Assembly: GCF_964204645.1 (NCBI RefSeq)
Contig: NC_134026.1
Coordinates: forward strand, 24,276,150-24,340,149
From: Tubulanus polymorphus
Taxonomy: Eukaryota; Animalia; Nemertea
Reading direction: 5' to 3'
Length of the DNA stretch: 64,000 nt
Both the position numbers and the translations under genes were made by a program. Shown here piece by piece: positions 1 to 12,450 of this stretch; the stretch's first letter is position 1; each line of letters starts with the position of its first letter. Under the pieces are notes generated by a model. It worked only from the letters and a program-made list of their open reading frames with translations, was not told the origin of the DNA and made no database searches.

Positions 1-1726
1 TGTCTGACAACTTTTTTGTCATTGATAAGTCCGACCTATCTTTTCAAAGAGTGAACTAAATCTATACTTAGTATATAGCCGGTGCTGTTATGAACAAACA
101 GAAACCTAAAATGAAGACCTCAGGTTAAAAACCCACTGAATCTGATTACGAATGAAAGTTGGATTATTTTTTATAACATCAATGAGGCATATAAGCACTA
201 TCATGTTGATCCCACAGGCTCGAGCAATAGTGGTATTTTAAGTAAAAACAAATTCGCACTTTCACCTGGTGTTTTGGCTTTCGCACCAACTGAAACCATC
301 AAAACCCTTCAATTACTTAGCAGCGTATCAGGTGTGACTACAAGTATAGTTAATGGTTTGAAGGGTTTACAGGCTCCCCTCTTCAAGTATCATTCAAACT
401 GACATACACCAGTCCTACATCCCACGCTTTAAACATATCCACCACTTATCACCGAGATAAACCTCTTTCGTTCCCTTTCTACCCTCAGATCGACTGGGCT
501 TTGTAGGTTCCGTATTCAAATATTACGCGTGTGTTTGTAATATATTTCAGATATGAAGCCAAATATATCGATCAAAAGTTCGTAGCGCAGTAATTTAACA
601 ATTCTTGACAAAAATCGGATATGTCTCATTGATCATTTGAAGAATGATATTGACATAATCACATCTACATAGCTTTGAAGTGCCTCTACTTTTATAAAGT
701 GGTAGTTTACGCTTGTGATGCCGAGGGAGTTGCTATTCCGAGAAAGATCACGCTAAAAACCCTACAGGCCTTAAACTGCTTATATGACAAACTAAAAACA
801 TTTACAGATACAATCAGGCACTGTTATAAAATGCTGCGACAGATGATTCAGGAGGGCTACGGAACCATTTATTACTGACCAAGAAAATGACTGATGACCC
901 AGCTTGCCACTAATCCTCTAGTGTAAAGCTGGAATATCATGCATAATCCGTGCCTCCCATTTATCTATCTAATGATAATCCAATGTCCAGCGCGGATGAC
1001 AAGATCTCACTGAGGGCCAACTCGGCTCATTTCGCGCAGATTAAATTGATTTGCCGGCGTCTTCGTCGAGCCAATAAAATGTCGGCGAAGCGAGTAGCGT
1101 AGTGGGATTATTAGGAGATTCGTGCGCCATATGCGATAAATGTTCTAGCACATGTTGGATATAGCAAGGAAGTATTTTTAGTAGCAGCACCGATATATCT
1201 GTACGAACCACGAAAATCATCGTATTATTTCTCATTAAAGATAAAGTAATAAATAATCCACGTATTCCAACTAACTACTTCAATGTAAAAATCAATTTGG
1301 CAAAAATTTCTGCTAATCGGATTTTACGCCTTTTTTCCTATGAACCGATGATATCGTATCTGCTGAGAAAAAAAGTCGAGATTATGCAGTAATGCGCAAT
1401 AGATACATACCACTAGATAACAAGACCTCCGAAGCTATAGGGATCCTCCTGGACCGATACATGATAAAGTACTTAATCTACACCAATACACATGATACAC
1501 AGATACCCCGGATAGTCAAGCGGAAAAATGCAGTGAAAGAAGATATTGGCAATGCGAAACATTCTCCGACAATCGTTTTGCTAATCTACTTATCCAGTAG
1601 TATGATGATGAGGGTATTGCTTACATGCAAGTATTTACACTGATAATCTCGAGTAGACCTGTCTAATGGCTTCCTAACATATCAGACCAGTAATTGAAAT
1701 GAACTGACTGGTATAACAACATTTAC

Positions 1727-1789
1727 CTTTATCATGTTAGATTTCCCCGAGTAAATATCGCCTTGATGATTAAGTAAAGAAATGGCTGA
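1727..1789 (-). CDS. Weak candidate 63-nt in-frame cassette exon (SAISLLNHQGDIYSGKSNMIK)
   Basis: ttttatttatacag| ... AAG|GTAAAT, open in phase 0. No homology recognised, so it could be chance. Confidence 0.2.
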
Positions 1790-3327
1790 CTGTATAAATA
1801 AAATTCAACTAGGTTCAAGCACGGAAGGTGGAAACCTCTCTAATTCTAGTTAGTTCCTTCAGCGGTAAATCCACAAAATGTCCATACGATATTTATAAAC
1901 GATTTAAGTATTTCAATAATTATCTATAATCACTACATCAAATATACTTCAGTATTTTACTCCTTGTCCTAGGTTTCTCCTAATCTTTACCAATGCCTAT
2001 AACATATTTAGCCAGCAAAACCTTCCAAGTAATAGAACTTACTTTTACCCTCACAATCATCTATCCCACACACATCAAAATCTAAATGCTTATCTCGACC
2101 ATGTCAAATTGTAGAACTATTTTCTCACGTCATTTTCTTGTACCACTCAGTCGCTTTAAGAGTTTCAGATATTGCTGTTTGTTAAGTAGTGAACTAAACT
2201 GCCAGTGATAACAGTGATTAAATTTCTTCCATTTCCAAGAGTTATGCATTTTAAACGAGTCACGATAGCTCGAAAAAATTTAAGTTGAAACTACCGCAGC
2301 GAGGAACAATTTAGGATTAGTTACAGATTCACGTCATCATCCATTAGTACATTACCAAATATAAAGACAATTTCAAATATCAAGACACATATAATCCTCC
2401 TTATTCGCAATGTCAGTGGAAAGTTTGACAAGATTTCCTGCAGAACACTCCTCCAGAAACTCTTTGGTCTCAGAAATCGAAGATCGATTTGAGTGTAATG
2501 GTATAACGGACTGCAATGCCTGCACCTGTCATTGGCTTGTTCAAAGGCAAGCAGCAAGTGAGTAGTTCAATACATTGCAGAACAATTTCAACATGGACTT
2601 TACATCAAGTGAAACATCTACCTGGTCATCTACCCAGGTAACAAGGTGTTCCGATGTTTCAGTGAAACTGAAAATAAGCAGGTCAAGGCGACTGAAAAAT
2701 CTACTGGAGGCATGCAATGGATACGGATTAATTAAGAGGTGATAAGATAAACTCATAAGGTATATACTAAACTGATTAGAGATAACACTTAGCACATGTT
2801 TACGCGTGAGTGGTCTTACTGAACTGCATCACCACTTTACCAGCTGGGAGCTGATTTTCAACAGGCTTTTAGTGTTTTTACATTAAATTACTCTCACCTG
2901 AAACAGCTAGGTACACCATCAACACAAGCAGATTAGTAGCACCTGGCTCGTGTGCACGCAGGCTTATAATCCAAAGATATGAGGAAAAGATTTACCAAAA
3001 AGAGCAGCCATCTTGACAGAGTTAACTTCTTGTCAGTTTACATTCAGGTGCAAATGATCAATTATCAGCCAGGTATCAATGGTTTAGCAGCTTCCCCAGT
3101 ATTTCAGCCAGTAATAATACATTCTTCATAGCACTGCATCGCCAATTGTTTTACGATCAAGCTACCGATGGTCATGATCGCGGTACAAATATATAGCTAT
3201 CATGGATGATTAGTTTAATACTACATTCCACTCAGCTCATAATCAAATCATAGCTTTCGGGAATTCGGTGCTACCACAGCGTAATAATAATTACAGACAT
3301 AACTAGTCATTACACAGGGAGAATGAA

Positions 3328-3343
3328 AGAGAGAGAGAGAGAG
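3328..3343. repeat. (GA)n microsatellite
   Basis: Short perfect GA run. Confidence 0.8.
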
Positions 3344-6300
3344 CAAAAAGTTGTAAAACAACGTCATAGTAGAATCACATTTAATTGGAATCGGTATCAG
3401 AATATCGCACAGGTACACTTCAATGGCACATGTCGCGAGTTATCAGGTGAAGTCAAACTGTTACCAAAAGCGACAAATTAATGAATTATTGATTAACACG
3501 CGATACATGGATATGGACGTGAGTATATTTGTGAAGGAGACTGAAGTAAATCACTGGGTGATTAGGTATCACTGAGTAAACCATCAACTCCTATGATGAC
3601 TCCGACAAGTAGGTGAGATTCCATCTCTTGAGTACTGGTGCCGACTCTTCAGCGATGCAATAATGCGGAGTACCGCGTAATTACACCGACGAGTCGGGAA
3701 ACCTTTATCAGAAAATTGGCTCAATTTGAACAGAGAACACTCGAATCGGTCAGAATTCTGGTGAGGATTAGTATCCATGATATCGGTAGAGTGGTCCATC
3801 TTAACACACAGTGCAAGCAAACAGTACCGACAATCATATTCTAACACCACTTCATCACCGATGACCGGCTTAAGAACACAAAGCGTACTTCGCAACGCCA
3901 TTGATGGCCTTGACCTCTCATAAAGGTCTTATAACATTCTACTGAGAAACACCAGATTCATAAGTAAATTGGTGAACCTGCGCTCTTCACCGATGAAGCC
4001 ATAGCAATGACTGGGTTCATCGACATCATTTCAAAGAAATTAGATCAATAGAACACAAAATGTCATTTCTCGTTGGAAGTCGTCTCTTTCAAGCCGGTAA
4101 AATGATGAACAGATGATATTTCACACCTCCTTGAGGCTTACACATGAACTAACCTTCCGGAACATAAACCAGAGTTCTTTTATTTTCCCATTTCTTGTCA
4201 TGAGAACGCTTCATCAGTTCAACGGAACGTGTAAACAATCATGTCACTGCAGCACCCGGTGACTCATTACACTTCACCGGCTTTCCAAGATTATTAATCC
4301 AATCTCAAAGACATCTAAATCGGTGAGAGCATTTCAAACACTGGAGGGCCACGTTGACAACTTTATTCCATCAGTGGGTTTCATTAACACTTTTGGTCAA
4401 GGATGATCGTGCCTCGTTCGGCGGCAATCATCCACAATTTGCCGGCAGCAAGAGAGAGCAGAGGAACTGAGTGAAGATGTTTCAAGCAGAAAGATGATGG
4501 CTCTTCGACATGTTATCGACACATTACGTCTTGTCAGGATATTTTAATGGTTCACTAACTATTCATCCTGCAGTGCTTCCATATCTTATTTCAGATGACC
4601 ACCATCGTGAACAGCAGACGAAGGTTAAACCTTACTCGAATCACAACAGTTATATATCAATATTCTGGTAGTATGGATATACCAATTGATTAATCTAAGT
4701 TTCCCGCCTTTCAAAAATCCTTCGGACAATTCACTAATTGCTTGAAATGATTATCAAGTAGTGAAGTAAGTAGCCATGTGTTTGAAAGGCATCAATAACA
4801 AGGTTGACATTAAACTAATACATTTTTCGCAACTTTCATGATGGAGTAACCAAGATAAGAACACTTGGACGGCAAATTATTACCACTCGATGCGTAAAGT
4901 TACCAAACATACAAACCTAGATAAATACAGATCAAGAGCTCTTGACTGAATTGTTGGCAAAAAAGTGCCAATTGAAGTGCACCAGGAAAGGCGCAGGCTT
5001 TATATGACTCTTCACCCCTTCAAGTTATGGCTAGGATATCTCGTTATTTCCCGGTTAATTGCTTTTGCCACTCAAGTAGCCTTCATCACTGTGGCATGAC
5101 TTCCACTTATGGTGTCGTGAAACAGGTCAACAGGATACTGGCAACGCAGTCGTACACTACTGACACTGTATTTAGGTGGTTTCATAACCAGTTCAAGCGT
5201 AATTTTGTCAACCAGTAACTGATAACCTGACGCCAAAAAAGCCACTCAGCGATTGCACTCAATGATTGTAATAAAAGCGCATTCATCAATCATTGATGCA
5301 CCAATTCAAGAACCGATATCGGTACAGTTAAGATTAGATTTTAGAGTAAGTATAAGGTGTACATATCCATGAAAATTAGATACCCATACCTTATTCGCGT
5401 TGTCATCATTTATCAACATGTCCTGCTCTGCACCAGTTTGGGAACGAATTATGCACATCGCGTTGATATTGTATATAGCCACGAGGTTTATGACATCAAG
5501 CAATAGATGGAACGGTGCCATAGTTAGTGATAACGACTGTAGACAAGGCTAATAGAAGCCTACAAGCACCGCGTAACATGGCATGTCCGTTAATATGATG
5601 ACTGATCTAGCTGCAGCTGTGTAAGAAAGCGGTCTCTTCTTCACTAGATGTCGGCTAATGTAATATGCTTGCGTAGTAATTGAGTTGTACAAAACAAGCT
5701 CCAAGACAGCAATTCATCTGAATTCAACATCGTCTATAATGCAAAACGCTTGCATTTCTGCCTTAAACTTTGCAATCAATATTCAGAATATATATCAGAG
5801 CAGAACATTGAAAAATTCGAGTTTCAGGATGAAAATTGAAATGACCGCTTTATCAAAAGAGCAAAAGATGATGGCAGAAATATGAAATCTTTCATCTGCT
5901 GTTTGTACAACTTACAAGTACTTAAACTTGATGAATAGACTACTAATGCTATTAAAATAACACCGTTGAAAAAGCAACCAAAAACGTCAGTGATCGTGAA
6001 ATCAGCTTATAGCCTGCCATATATCAAATGTCTACTTACTATCAGACATCAGTCACGGGATGGTAGGAAATGAGGCGGATTAGTATGTCGCTGAAATCCC
6101 CCAGTTGGGGTATTAAATGAATCTTATATTTCGGTAATTCTGCCATGCAATGCAATTGATCTGTGGGCTCCCAGTGTGGCTGATTACAAAAGCCGTCTAC
6201 TTGCAACTCATGGCTCCCCAGACTACGATTGTCGGTGATTTCGTTACTGTTCTGATTAGTCCGCGGAGACAAAACAAACCGCTAGAGAAGTGAATAAAAC

Positions 6301-8297
6301 TGGTGATCATATCCACACAAGACGCCGATGCCCACCGGGACGTGGGGACTGATTGATGATGGCTTACAACTAAAAGCTATCACTCTCGGGGGAAGTTGGC
6401 ACACAATTTCCACGAACACACATCGAGTTGCAGTATCAATGCTGAAATCGACTGTGAAGGATTTATGGTGCGTTAAGAGTGCAGCTTAGAGGAAAGCCAT
6501 GGTTCAATGTCATGCACGAACTGCTTAAAATAGTGAATGCCACGTATAACTATTTATAATATTCCATAATGGAGCTAGCTGCAGAACTTCATATTTCTGC
6601 TGTTGGGTTGCTTTTTGAAGTTCCCAAGTGATCAAATCATTCTACTTTGTCCTTCGGCTACGTACATATATGTCATAATATGTTTTGTAGGAAAATATGA
6701 TATACAGGTATATGTTATTGTGGTTATGTCAAGTGAAATGGAATGCCAATAGACCATCAAAAAGGCTAAATCAATAGTTTTTGACATTTCAATACAAATC
6801 AACAACTTTTTCTCATAAAGTTTTTTATAGCCATGAGATACTTAGATTTTTACTGCAAATGAATATTTCCACTAAGTGTAGTTAAGGTATAAACAATTTT
6901 AGAGTTGATTCTATACCTACAGCTAAGGTGGGGCATACCTTGGTGAGTGTCACAGAAGTGGGAAATCTAATGATCTAATGACAGGCCAGACTGGGTAAGT
7001 TCATACAGACATTGATATAGATTGCATGATAAAAGCCTTCAGGACTAAATTATAAAACATTACATAAAAATGATTATCTATATTGAATGAGTCAAATTTC
7101 ATATTCGCACATTATCATTTTGTCCTTTGCGAAGTCAGCTCATATTTATAGCATAATCAATACCTAAGTACATAGAATGTCATCAGAAACATCTGTTTAT
7201 GATGAAATATGTCTCAATATACAAGAATGGAATTAATAATAGTAAGTTGATATCACTCACCTGGTGTTTGGTTAATATTCGCGTATTAATTTGTCCTAGA
7301 TCTCAAACGCAACAGAAAATCCAAAGAGAGAAGTTCCACGTACGCGAAGGATTCACTACTGAACGCGTAACTGACTACCTTCGTATTATAACACCTCGAC
7401 GAGCAACAAACACATGTTCCGGGGAGGAGAATGTAGAAGTTAGACTGTTTGAACAGTCTGCCGTTGCACTGTTGAGTGGAATACTGGCAAGAAGTCAGAA
7501 ACAGCAAGAAACTTCACCAACTGTTAAAATACCATCTCATATATAGATAAATGAAATCAATGAACAATGTTTTCCGTAAAAATAAATGTACTATTTTCTA
7601 GTTAATCCGTCAAACAATAGGTGGTGCTGATAACACTTGACCCGTGTACCGGCCCTGTACGATTCTGATATGCCTAATATTACAAAACAAATTACTGGCA
7701 CCGATGAGAGCCCTAAAACCTACTGAACACCCGGAGAACCATTTGCCCCTAACACATTCGAGTGCACTCAAAGAGCTATCCAGTCAACATTGGCAGAAGT
7801 TCGAGTGATCACGTTTTCAATACTGCGTACTACATTTTGTCTCATGGAGACGCTCAATGCCTGGGAATAATAGACAGTAAATATACTGATCACAAAAATT
7901 GGAAAAAATGCATGCTGTCCAACTACCACTTTTTTATTTACTATGTGTACCTTTTGAAACCTTGATAAATGAGGCTTGACACATATTGTAAGGTATGAAT
8001 AAACTTTTCAATTATCAGGCATTTCAAGTGACAATCAAGTTGAACACTTCAGAAGAAATCGCGCATAATGTACGCATACAGTCATGTGACATGCAAAGGT
8101 ATACGAAAGATTTTCAATAGAATCAAACAAATCATGTCTCGTGGAATGTGTCTAGATAGATTACAAAAATGCAGGTCAATTCAGTATAAATACAACTAAA
8201 GAGGCTCAGAATGGTTCAAAAAAGTGTCGACAATAAAAAGTAACATTAAACACTTTTAAGATTGATAAAACACTATATATCCGTGTTGTGACGATAA

Positions 8298-8543
8298 TGT
8301 AGAGAATCAAACAATAATAACGAAAAAAAGTCCTTAAATGTTTCCTAGAGCAGTTTATTCAACGTTTCGACTTTATTCTTATGGTCATCTTCAGGCATAC
8401 CCATACTGTATTACTTTATTCCCGAGATGACTATTAGAATAAAGTCGAAACATCAAATAAACTACTAGCTCCAGTCACATTTTTGGACTGTCTTTCGTTT
8501 TTTGTGTTTCGTTTGGACTGTCTTTTGTGGGATTCCCTCTACA
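8298..8543. mobile_element. Palindromic Penelope-like (pLTR-derived) remnant with hammerhead-like core
   Basis: Inverted arms (tgtagagaatc/gattccctctaca; 8352-8395 vs 8421-8463). Minus strand reads CTGAAGA-TGAC-12 nt-GTC-GAAACGTTG-AATAAA. Confidence 0.6.
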
Positions 8544-11320
8544 TCAAACACTACAATCATACTGTAAGGATTGTTATTATTCAATCTGCTCTCATTGGAA
8601 AATGATGGTAACATATTGTACTTTGCTCAACTTTCTTCGGCTTAGTATCTATACTCAATCGAATGAAGAAGAGAAATAAAATAAAAAAAGGAGAGTCTCG
8701 GTTATGCCCTAAAGTTGTCTATCACATATGGATAGCAGGTTTAGTAAATCTAATCCGATAACATATTAGTAAATTGCAGAGGGAGATACCGCCAGCGGCA
8801 CCGCGTAAATCCTATTTTGTATAATTGTATTCGTCGGCGACGATAATGAAGCAAGTCATGTGAACCGTGAATAATTCCTAAAAGGATGCGGCATTCAGTC
8901 TGGCCGCGAGCAATGACGCTAGGCTAATTCCTCAGATTACGAGGCCTATTGCTAATACGCCGTTCTAATCTAATCAAAACTGTAATTTCGCTATTCGGTC
9001 GTCCTATACTCTAGTCTTCATCGAACAGTTGATGACGATTCGTTAAAATCGATTGGAAAAACAAAATCGTCGCATTCGTGGGCCATAACTAATGTTATTA
9101 GGTAAATTGCCGAGCTACCTGTAAGGTTTCATCATCATTAGTGAGATTGTTGGTTAAATGATAGAATTTCAAATAAATCTTCGCTTTTGTTTATAATTAA
9201 TATCGAAAGGGAAATCGGTTTATGACAAAGCGATCCAGCCACGCCAATCCATCAATTTATTTATGTCGAACAACTAACAATTGTGACAATTGAATCCATC
9301 ATGTTTAATTGACTATTTGGACGTTAAACATCGATTAGTTTTTACAGCTAGTAAGTAACTTCTGCAATAAGGCAACCGAGGTGTGATTTTGACAACATAC
9401 GCAGAGTATTGAATTTCTGTCAATGTGAAGTATGAATTGTTTGAATTAAAAATAGTTTATTCACCTTTGAGGTAGGATACTTTAACATGAGGGATAGTCA
9501 AGGCTACAGGTATGCCTATCTTTATGACGCATCTCGGTTTTTGACAAATATTTTTTCGAAGCAGTGCCGTCATGTGTAGTTCATGTCGAACCCATCAATG
9601 CACATTCATTGGTAAAGAAAAAACCAGCTTGAAATTCTAATGTCTTGTCACACTAAGTTCTGGTGCCTCGGGCAGACACTAACCTGTTTGAATACCCCGT
9701 ATTGCATCCCCCTGCGAGACGACAATCAACGCGATATGTCAAAAGAAATACTTTGAGACACGAAAGATACTTTGAAAGATATCACAGTTTGACCTTAAAC
9801 ATGTAGTGTTCAGACGGGTGATGAATTGCTATCTACAACATAATCACCACCATTGAACATAAATCCAGTGAAAGAGGTATGAATATATGGAACTAGGTAT
9901 GGCTCATAATCCTATTAAACGTGGAGACTGAAGCTTGACTGACGCTTTAGAATTAATTGGCACAATGTTCTGAAATAACCTTGACTTAAGTAGCAGCAGC
10001 AACATATACGTTAAAATTTGAAGCATATCTGAGGTTGTCAAAAAATCCATTGTCGTCGCATGGGTTTCTCTTACAAGTGGCCTTTCTAAGTAGATTTAAA
10101 CTTGTCAAGTCTGATGATAACATGAACATAATAACTGTTTGATTATTGTCGCTGGAGAGTTCATATGTAAACCGATACCACTTATCTTCATCACATTCAA
10201 GTCACTCTCATATCCAAATCACAACCGGACAAAGGAGAAATGACAAATAAGTTTACTCAGCACACAAAGGAAAGCTTTCAAACCTCCAAACCTTTAAACA
10301 CCAAAGTGAGAGTGATTATCGTTTGGAATATGCCAGCGGGTATGATTCAACAGGCCTTTGTGCTTCACATGTCAAGCTCAAACAGCCAGAGGAAATTTCA
10401 TTAATATCTCTCAGTTCCTTCTATCTATCCCTGCCTGGTTTTCAATACACTTAAGCGGTGGACCATGAGTCCCCCTCTGATCTTCCACTGTACCAATTAA
10501 TTGATAATCACCTGCCACAATAGAAAACCTTGCAATTATCAAACAGTTTAATCTGAAGCCAACTCTGAGAAAGGTTCAGCTGTCCATTAATAATCAAACA
10601 ATACGCAAGTGGAAATTTGACCATGTTCAAATACTTCACATTGCCTCCAACCACAGAAATCTCTTTAGACAACATGACATGCACACAGTCAGATAATCCC
10701 TTATGTCAAAAATTATCTACCAACATGAAGTGTGCCTTGACAGAACTTTTCAAATCATAAAAAATGTAGCATATAAGGCAAGTTCCAATTGGTCTCAACT
10801 GATTCCTGAATTCTCTCCCAGCATTTTCTACCTATTCTGGAATAGCATCACCTGTAACCTGAAAGAAGGCTGGCCAGTAGAGTTTGTAACCGCTAATTGC
10901 TATTCATAAACCTGCCTCAGACATGCCAAAGCCATAGTCCAGTACTTTTAACGAAAAAGGTGGAATAAAAATACAAGCTTCTCAGTTCTCATTCGTAAAT
11001 ACCCAGATGATCATGGGTATATGGAAAATTGCTCGCTGATTCAGCGAAATAAATCCATAAACACACGCAAATGTCCCATTTATGATAATAGGTACATAAT
11101 TGACCATAATCGCTACCAATTTACAGATGTTTATTCGAAGTGTAAATCATTATCATTAATGGTATAAACGTTCATAAATAGGTAGGCCAGCCAACCGAGT
11201 GTCAGAGTATAATACGCAGCATTCGACAAATATAAAGTATCACCGATAAAAATACATACGTTATCGTTATCGAGTGACCTTACGATGAATACGTGATTTC
11301 AACTAGTTGATAGCACTTAC

Positions 11321-12450
11321 CGCGATAAACATCCGGCGGCATCCATCGCACCGAAAATATCCGAAAACAAAAAAACAACAACCGTTCAACTAATCAATAA
11401 TAAATCCGTTTCTCACCGTCGACGATCCGTTCGCTCGGCGTTTCAAAGTCGGTTTCGCGCGGAGTTAAATCCAATGGCAAAGTTGGACGCGAGAACGAGT
11501 GTAAAATCCTAGCGCGCCACAATGGCGAGATCATCCATCTGTGATTTATTCACAGCTACTACGTAAGGTTCAATGTCGTCGCTTGTTCGACTGTCATGCG
11601 AGAACTCGGCGAGGCGATGTAATGTAATTATCTGACGCGCCAATCGTGCAACGCGAACGACGATGCCGCAGTAAAAGAGAGACGTACATGTCAACCAACC
11701 AATTAATGAGACAATAGCTGAGCCTTCGGTGGTCTTTTATTTGTTCGACATAATCATTGTAGATGGCTACAGGGTCTAGTCACGCTTAGTACTCGATTAC
11801 AACTAAAGAGGCAGCACAGAACGTAGTCCTAATTCTCGCGCAGTTTCTCGCTCGAGTTACGCAGATTTCGCCGAAACTCTATAAAATGCGGCCGTAAAAA
11901 CGGACGCGCAGCCATAACGAGTGCGGCGGACGCTTAGTAAAATTGACAGTGGCTGATCTACGCGATGGTTCCCATCTCATTTCATTATCCAGTCGACTGT
12001 ACGTTTTAATTTCCTTTCTTGTCAGTATAGTCGAAGCGATTCATTGATCGAACGACGACGCAGTAACCGCACACCCCGCTGACTAGCGGCGCGCACCTGC
12101 GTGAATAAGCGTTATACACGCCCGGCGGCGCGATCGATCGCACAAAGTAATGTGTCATAATTAAATATACATGCTAATGGCCGCGCAAAATAGGATCGTC
12201 TTCTAAGTGTACGACGACCGCCCTCGGCTATTGGGCACGAATGAGTGCCGGCTTAGCTGGCTTCTGCCCAAATACCCGTGAACCGAACGTCGTCCGGTGG
12301 AAAAACAAGAATTATTACCGGCTGAATAAGTCACGAGCGCTATATTTAGTCTGCTCGTCCGTCGCTAAACGTCTCGTTCGCGTTTAGCACGAAGGTGAAG
12401 GTCAATAATGGAGACACGAGGATTCGTGACTATATTTGAAGGAGTACGTC
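11321..12450 (-). promoter_or_regulatory. CpG-rich intronic island; candidate internal promoter/alternative first exon of the AUTS2-like gene
   Basis: Visibly dense CpG over about 1.1 kb. Two minus-strand donors at its edge: ACG|GTGAGA (exon end 11417) and GCG|GTAAGT (exon end 11321). ATG TTT ATC GCG ends in phase 0 at the second donor. Confidence 0.4.

Noticed and set aside
2444-2637. Plus-strand pair of exon-like segments
   Set aside because: The implied intron is only about 23 nt and the peptide is unrecognisable.
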